Below, one piece after another: positions 53,262 through 64,000 of a stretch of DNA of 64,000 bases. Under the pieces are notes generated by a model that saw only the letters and a list, made by a program, of their open reading frames with translations, was not told the DNA's origin and ran no database searches. This DNA comes from Zygnema circumcarinatum SAG 698-1b (taxonomy: Eukaryota; Plantae; Zygnematophyceae). Positions within the stretch are counted from its first letter, which is position 1, and each line of letters starts with the position of its first letter. Where the stretch lies: positions 2,738,327 to 2,802,326 of the forward strand of contig CM074807.1 of NCBI GenBank assembly GCA_037447605.1. The letters are read 5' to 3'. The position numbers and the translations under genes are program-made.

Positions 53262-55091
53262 CTACGGAGGGCCAGGAAGAAGATGGCGAGGGCGCGAGGG
53301 ACGGAGAGGCGGAGAGGCGGAGAGGCGGAGCGCGAGAGGGAAGCGGAGAGGGAGGGCCCCAAAGGACGCACTACAGTATATCGGATCGTGTCGTATCGTA
53401 TCGTCTCGTATCGTATGGTACCGTATCGTAAGTCTGGGCATGAAACTGTATCGAGCACACGATACTGCCCTAAAGGGCCCAACGCCTAGTGGGGCGATGC
53501 ACAACATTCATTCTTCATCTTGGGTTGCACAACTTTCGTCGATGACGCCCAAATCGGCAGTTGGAACGTAGTTGTGAAAACGAACACAGATGGGGGCAAA
53601 CAATGAGGGTTGCTATGTTCAGACATTCGTTAAGGAAAGTGCTTGTTTTGGCCGAGAATGCACCACTAGGGCACCATGTCGTGTTCGCCACTAGTGGGTT
53701 CGGATTCCAACATGTCCACAGAAGCCAACGTCGAATATGTCTTCCTCCGAGGTTTGTAGCTCAAACCCAATGGCTAAGCGCATTCACGCGAGTTCGAGCG
53801 CGCAGATGCGGCATCGCAATGCGTTCGACTATGTCCTGCAAGTGGCCGCCACAATCGCGCAATACGAATCCCTGCCAGGCTGCTCTTTTCCTGGACATGT
53901 GTATTCGTCTACCTTATGTGAAAGTCGAGATCCTGAGCACTGAGCACCGGCCAACCCGCTCGGTTGCGCAGCCACCCTTACCCTTGCAGGGCTCTGCAGG
54001 CTCTGGAAGGTGCGCTACAAAGCGTTTTTTTGGTTTTACCCAATGAATTGAGGGAGCTGCAGTTTTGGTCTCGACAGTGAAGTACAATGAGAAGATGGCG
54101 TAGCGTAAGGAAGCAGATTATGAAAGTTTTTTTTGAGGCCAATGAAGCAATACATGGGAATCGACATTGATTAGGTGGAGCTGACTGGATTCATTGTGGG
54201 CCATGCAGAGGTTTATACCAGTTTGGGTGAAGCTGGAGGTCTATTGGAAACACAGAGGAGTCTGCAAGGCGCAAAAGCCATAATAACAGCAAGTTCTTAG
54301 CCATTGCACTGCACTCTGAGGCTAATGGTTCATGTCCAGTCCCAGGCATGCTGCATGGAGCGCTCCATTTTCTGCATACGCAAACACTGCTGGACACCAG
54401 CTCTGCTCTACGGCTGCCATGCCAATCGCTTCCAACACTTCCTGGGCAGACATGACTCGCATTCTCCCTTTGCCCTGTCTCCTACGAACTGTCTGCATCC
54501 CTCAACACGCTTCTCTCGGCATCCAGAAAAACACCATCCACACACAGGCGAATCTCGCCACCATTTCGACAAAGGGACAACTCAGTGACATCATCGCATT
54601 GCTGACCTCACCAAAACCTGTCACATGACAGCAATCTTAAGCCACTGACTGCTTGAGACATACGAATACCGAAACAACCCGAGGCGACGACACGGTGTCC
54701 AGTTTCAACTCCTCATTTTTGTCACATCTCTCCGTACAGCAGTCACATGACATAAACAACCGGAAACCAGACCCTAAAATTCCCGATTGCTCACCCAAAC
54801 CACATACTGCCGAGGCTTGCTCAAGATAGAACTACAGGATGTCCGAGAGCCTCTGGCTGTCACTGCCACTCTCCTATGCCTGCTCTCTCAAAACCCGAGA
54901 ATAGTTTTAGGACTCCAAAATTCAGATTTTGTCCTGCCTTGCCTATAGAATATCCCCCAACCAGTGGTCTGCCGAGAACCGTGTACCCCTCAGCGACTAA
55001 CAGATACCAAACCGCACCCAATGCCGGCCTCCAAGCTTGTTTGCGCAGCCAACGAAGGACAGGTGCCTCAGAAGAAAACCCCACCTTCGTC

Positions 55092-59871
<4,780 letters not shown>

Positions 59872-61483
59872 TTTCCGTTTCTCAGACAATCTTCGCTGCC
59901 GAAAAAGGAGTAGAATATCCCGCCAAGTTACAAGAGGACGTTCCTAATGGCTGAATTATCAGCAGACAGAAGATTCCAAAGGCAAGTCCAGACATGCCAA
60001 CGGCCGTGCCCACTGGCGGACTTCTATACATAGGATGCCAATTCCTTCGGCCATTAGTCACCAATACCGAAGCCGGATGCAAGGCAGATGAGCCAACTGT
60101 ACTTCTACAATGGCTGCCGAAACACCTCAAAAGACATCGTCACAAGATAGGTCGCCATTCCAGCGCTAACCCTACTTCCCCCCTGGAAAGCTGCTGCCAT
60201 ACTGGACATGGCAGAATCCACGCCCTGGAGGCATGCCAAACAGCTGTCACTGTTTGGAGGGAGCAGAGGCGGAAGATGAAACGGAAATGAGTTGTGCAGC
60301 ATGTCTGGTTCTTGTGCAGCGAGTTCCCTTCCTTCCACCCAATAGGCTTATTCGTCAGGCTGTGCAGTGATGCCCTAAAGATCCTTGCCCATGCCTTGAG
60401 CAGCAGTGCCCCCTACCCTCCCCTCCCCTCTCTCTCCGCAAGCCGCTGCCCTGCCACTCCCGCTCGCCGCTCCGCGCAACCCTTGGCGGCCCTGCACTGC
60501 CCCGCTTCCTTCCTTCAGTCCAGGCCTTCCTGCAAGCGCCCAGGGGGGGGGAGTGGTCCCAGGGTGCCAGGCAGCCAGCCAGCCAGCCCCGGACTGGAGG
60601 CGGACGGAGGCAGGGAGGCAGGGAGGGAGGGAGGGAGGGTTTCTGTTCTGCACCCAGCGGCGGGCAGCCGGAAGGATGGGCAGGAAACTTTCTATGCGCT
60701 TGACCGAACTTGTCCTGCCGATACAGAAAAAACTCCCTTCTGCCCAAACACGCGTAAACGTGCCATTTCATTTGACAGGCCGAGTCGCCAGATTCGCCAG
60801 TCGCGAGAAAGTTAATTCGTGGGCTATTTGCCCGTAAAATATCGCGAAGTCCAGAGTTTTCCGGGCAGGCTGGCTCCTCGAAGTCCGGGCGGAATCAATT
60901 TCCCGAGGAGGGATGCTGCCGGCGATGATTCCCCAAGCCCAAAGCCCAAAGGCAGCGAGCGCCGCCTATCTCTCTATCCATAGCCTCGCCGGAGGCCGCC
61001 GGTTCCTAGTGGTTTCTGCGCGTCAGGCCCTGGCCGATGCCCATGCCATGCCATGCCATGCTATGCAATGCAATGATCGCATGTGCATGGATGGTGCCAC
61101 AGTCGTTTTTTCCTTTTGTGCATTGGTTGGCGCCGCCCCGTGGTATCAAAACAAGGCATTCGTTCTCCCCAAAGCTTCAATGAACATCAACGCAGCTTTT
61201 GAATGCACAACAAGTCAGCAGTACTTCTCTTCGCTTTCGCCGCGCTTCCGCGTTACCGCCCTAAAACTAATACAAGGCATCATCAAAAGAGCAGCGAACG
61301 GTTTTACAGTCTGCAGGACGGGGGACTGAATGAGATAAATATTAACAGTGCAGTAACACGGTGCAGTGCAGCACAAAAATCCGCGATTCGCTCCAGCCTT
61401 CTCCCGGTTTTCAGGCAGAGAGTGATCTCTCCAGCGGAGTTTATCTGAGGACCTCAGTAAACTGGACGTGCTTCTCGGCAGCC

Positions 61484-63572
61484 ATGCTTCCTGGGCGACC
61501 AGATGTCAAGTACGGCTTGCAGCTGTCGAATAAGGTGCAGAAAAGGCAGGAGCAAGCTAGTAAGGCAAAAAACAAGCAGCTCCCACCTCCGCCTTCGATC
61601 TTCGATGATGAAGAACCCGAAAGTGTAGAGTCCGAGATTGCGCGCCAAGCTCTTAAGAAACGCGCTCAAAAAGAGGTGCATCTCTTGCCCTGTCCACCTT
61701 CTGCACAGGGATGTGCCTCCTTGCTCTTCTCCTCGCCATTTATTATTCCACGCTTGCCATAGTTTACTAGGAAAGGCAGCCCTGCCTGCAAAACCCCTTC
61801 GAGAAAACATCTCCTGAAGGGTGTGGGCTGCAAACTGCATGGAGCAGGTGGAGCAGCAGCATGCAGCTGCACTGAAGGAGGATTCTTCTGTATTTGACTA
61901 TGACGGTGTATACGATGAGATGAAGAAACCAAAGGAGACGAAAGAGGCCGTTCAGCGGCAGGTGCTACTCTTCCCTCTGAGTTATAGTGAACCTGCTGTT
62001 TTACTCGGACCCAGCAGAGTTAGGGCCAAGCGGGCACGCAGTGGCTTTCCCATCGCGCTTGACGATTTGAAAATCAATTATGCACAACAACGAGCAGGAT
62101 GATTTTCAGGAAGAGCTTTGGCATTGATCTCACGATGGCGATTTTTTGCTTCATCATAAGGGCACTGTTGTGGGACGCACCTGGGAACATGAGGTTGAAT
62201 GTGTCTGCCACAATTTAGAGAGAGAGATTTTGGGTGGTCGAGGCATCTCGAGAGGCTCTCATCCGGTTCGTTTCTGGAAAGTTCGGGATTCTTTATGCGC
62301 TCATATATTTAAGTACTTTTATCATGGCATACAGTTTAGTCCTTCCGCGAAGACTGTTTGAAACTTTTACGTTGGCTAAGGATTCCGTGCACCTGCAATA
62401 CCATAAGGCATTCATAACTGCAGACATTTCTTTTCACTGAACATTGCCTGACTCATCTCGGTTGGGTTGACATGGCAGTCCAGATATATAGGTAAACTTT
62501 TGGATAAGGCTAAGGCTAGAGAACGAGAGCAGGACATCATCTATGAACGCTTGCTGAGTAAGGAGCGGGCCAAGGAAGATCATTTGTATGGCGACAAGGA
62601 AAAGTTTGTCACCAGAGCCTATAAGGAGAAATTGGCTGAACAGGCTATGTGGCTGGAACAAGAGAAGCGCAGAGAAGCCTTGGAGGCAGCTGATGATGTG
62701 AGTTCACTGACTTAATGGCTGCAGTTGCTGGCGATTATGGCAACTAAAATGCTTATCAATTTTCTTGATACTAATGATGTGAAGCACTACCACAGATACG
62801 GCATATTGCTCTTGATAGATGAACAAGTGTGTACATGGGTAGGATTAGATTGCCTTATCGCTGTGATTCACTGAAGGTGGGTTCGCTTTTGTCGTTGGAA
62901 TATGTAAAGGATTGGTCCTCATTCTCATAGAAGAGTTTTCTCTTACGGGAAGTGTGAATGCAGGCTGTTCTTGCTCCTTGGTTGACGAAGCTTGACCTGC
63001 GGTTTTACTGGTCATACTGTAATGTTTTGCTGGTTATAGAATTTCAGATACACATCGTACATACCTATTTGAAGAAATATTGAAACGGTGGGAAGCGCAT
63101 TTTGCAGGTTACAAAAAAGGAGGATCTGGGCGATTTCTACCGCAATTTGCTGCAGAAAAATGTGGCATTTGGAGGCAAAGTGGAAGAAGTGCGACAGCCA
63201 CCTCCTAATGCTACAAGTGCAGTTGGGAGGCCTCCGGTAATAGGCCCAACCCTACCCTCGGAGGACAGACAAGAAAGTAGTGCGGCAGCTGGGCCGGGGA
63301 TATCTAGAGCTGTCAGTGAGGAAAGGGAGCCACACATAGGGAAACGCACAATTGAAGGGAGAGACGCACAGCCAGATGAGAGCCGTGAGCAGAAGCAGCG
63401 AGAGGCTGAAGGTGATGCAGAGGGCAACTCAGTCAGGCACACAGTGGAGAGGCCATCAACAGTGGCTGCAAAAACGAGTGACCAATCAGAGGCTCCAAGT
63501 AAAGCTGCTGCAGAAGAGAAAGCGGCTGCGGCTAGGGAACGATATCTTGCAAGGAAGAAGCAGCGGACTTAA
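61484..63572 (+). CDS. NSRP1: Nuclear speckle splicing regulatory protein 1 (CCDC55/DUF2040 family)
   Basis: KYGLQL, EDSSVFDYDGVYDEMK, SRYIGKLLDKAKAREREQDIIYER...KEDHLYGDKEKFVTRAYKEKL, DLGDFYRNLL, AARERYLARKK. Confidence 0.93.
62119..62141 (+). repeat. 23-bp fragment of the dispersed repeat inside an NSRP1 intron
   Basis: tggcattgatctcacgatggcga is identical to 5675-5697. Confidence 0.7.
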
Positions 63573-64000
63573 TCTGTATGAAAATCTTAAAGTTGGCTAG
63601 CGTAATAGTGAGACGAGTACTGACCGAATTACAGGCGAGGAAGAGATGGGTGGATTTGTGAAAATGTTGTAGTCTTGTCTTGTCAATTGCTTGTTTTCTT
63701 GTGCCAAAGCTTCTCTTGGTGAAGAATGTTGGAAGGTTTGAAGCCTTCGCTATCAGCTTGTTCTCCCTATCTTGCACCCTGTGAAGCTCCACCATTACGA
63801 TGAGCTCTCGCTAAGAAAAGCTCGTCCTCGCCTTTCCACCATTCCTTCGCTCAAAACGACATTTCGTTCCTTTGCCTCGGCCTGCTTTCCCTCTTACCCC
63901 CCCCCCCCCCCACCCTATAGTGTACAGATGCCATGCCTTCGGCCCAGCGTCAATCCATGTTACGCCTCCACCCCCCAACGTTTTAGGATTTTTAGGGTTT

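Noticed and set aside
63850-64000. Poly-C and TTTAGGG motifs at the window end as a telomere
   Set aside because: Only one or two degenerate units; more likely a telo-box or the 5' region of the next gene.

Overview
Gene-dense, intron-containing eukaryotic nuclear DNA with a green-plant (streptophyte) gene set. It is most consistent with a compact-genome streptophyte alga or bryophyte; the species cannot be determined from sequence. I can support 14 intact protein-coding genes: an aprataxin/bHLH140-type kinase-macro-HIT-ZnF protein (5' end outside the window), organellar DNA polymerase I, a trihelix TF, FAP2, an orphan LEA-like protein, a GlpF-like aquaglyceroporin (GIP), an ARMET/MANF-C-like ER protein ending NDEL, PP2A B'', Sec61 gamma, SufE-NadA quinolinate synthase, COX23, mitochondrial L20, mitochondrial lipoamide dehydrogenase and a MAK/MHK kinase. 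NSRP1 makes a 15th. There is also an intronless TAP38/PPH1 pseudogene fragment, a 483-bp MITE, a dispersed ~100-bp repeat family and a 47-bp tandem repeat. I saw no rRNA, tRNA, CRISPR array or intact transposase. I found no clear-cut novel multi-gene system. The best leads are the bacterial-type GIP with a ~130-aa loop-C insertion, an apparently promoter-less COX23 that could be co-transcribed with MRPL20, a ~215-aa acidic insertion in the polymerase domain of the organellar Pol I, and repeat-borne ABRE/G-boxes upstream of the LEA-like gene. All exon models were built by eye from GT-AG signals and phase consistency, and family assignments are from motif recognition, not database searches.
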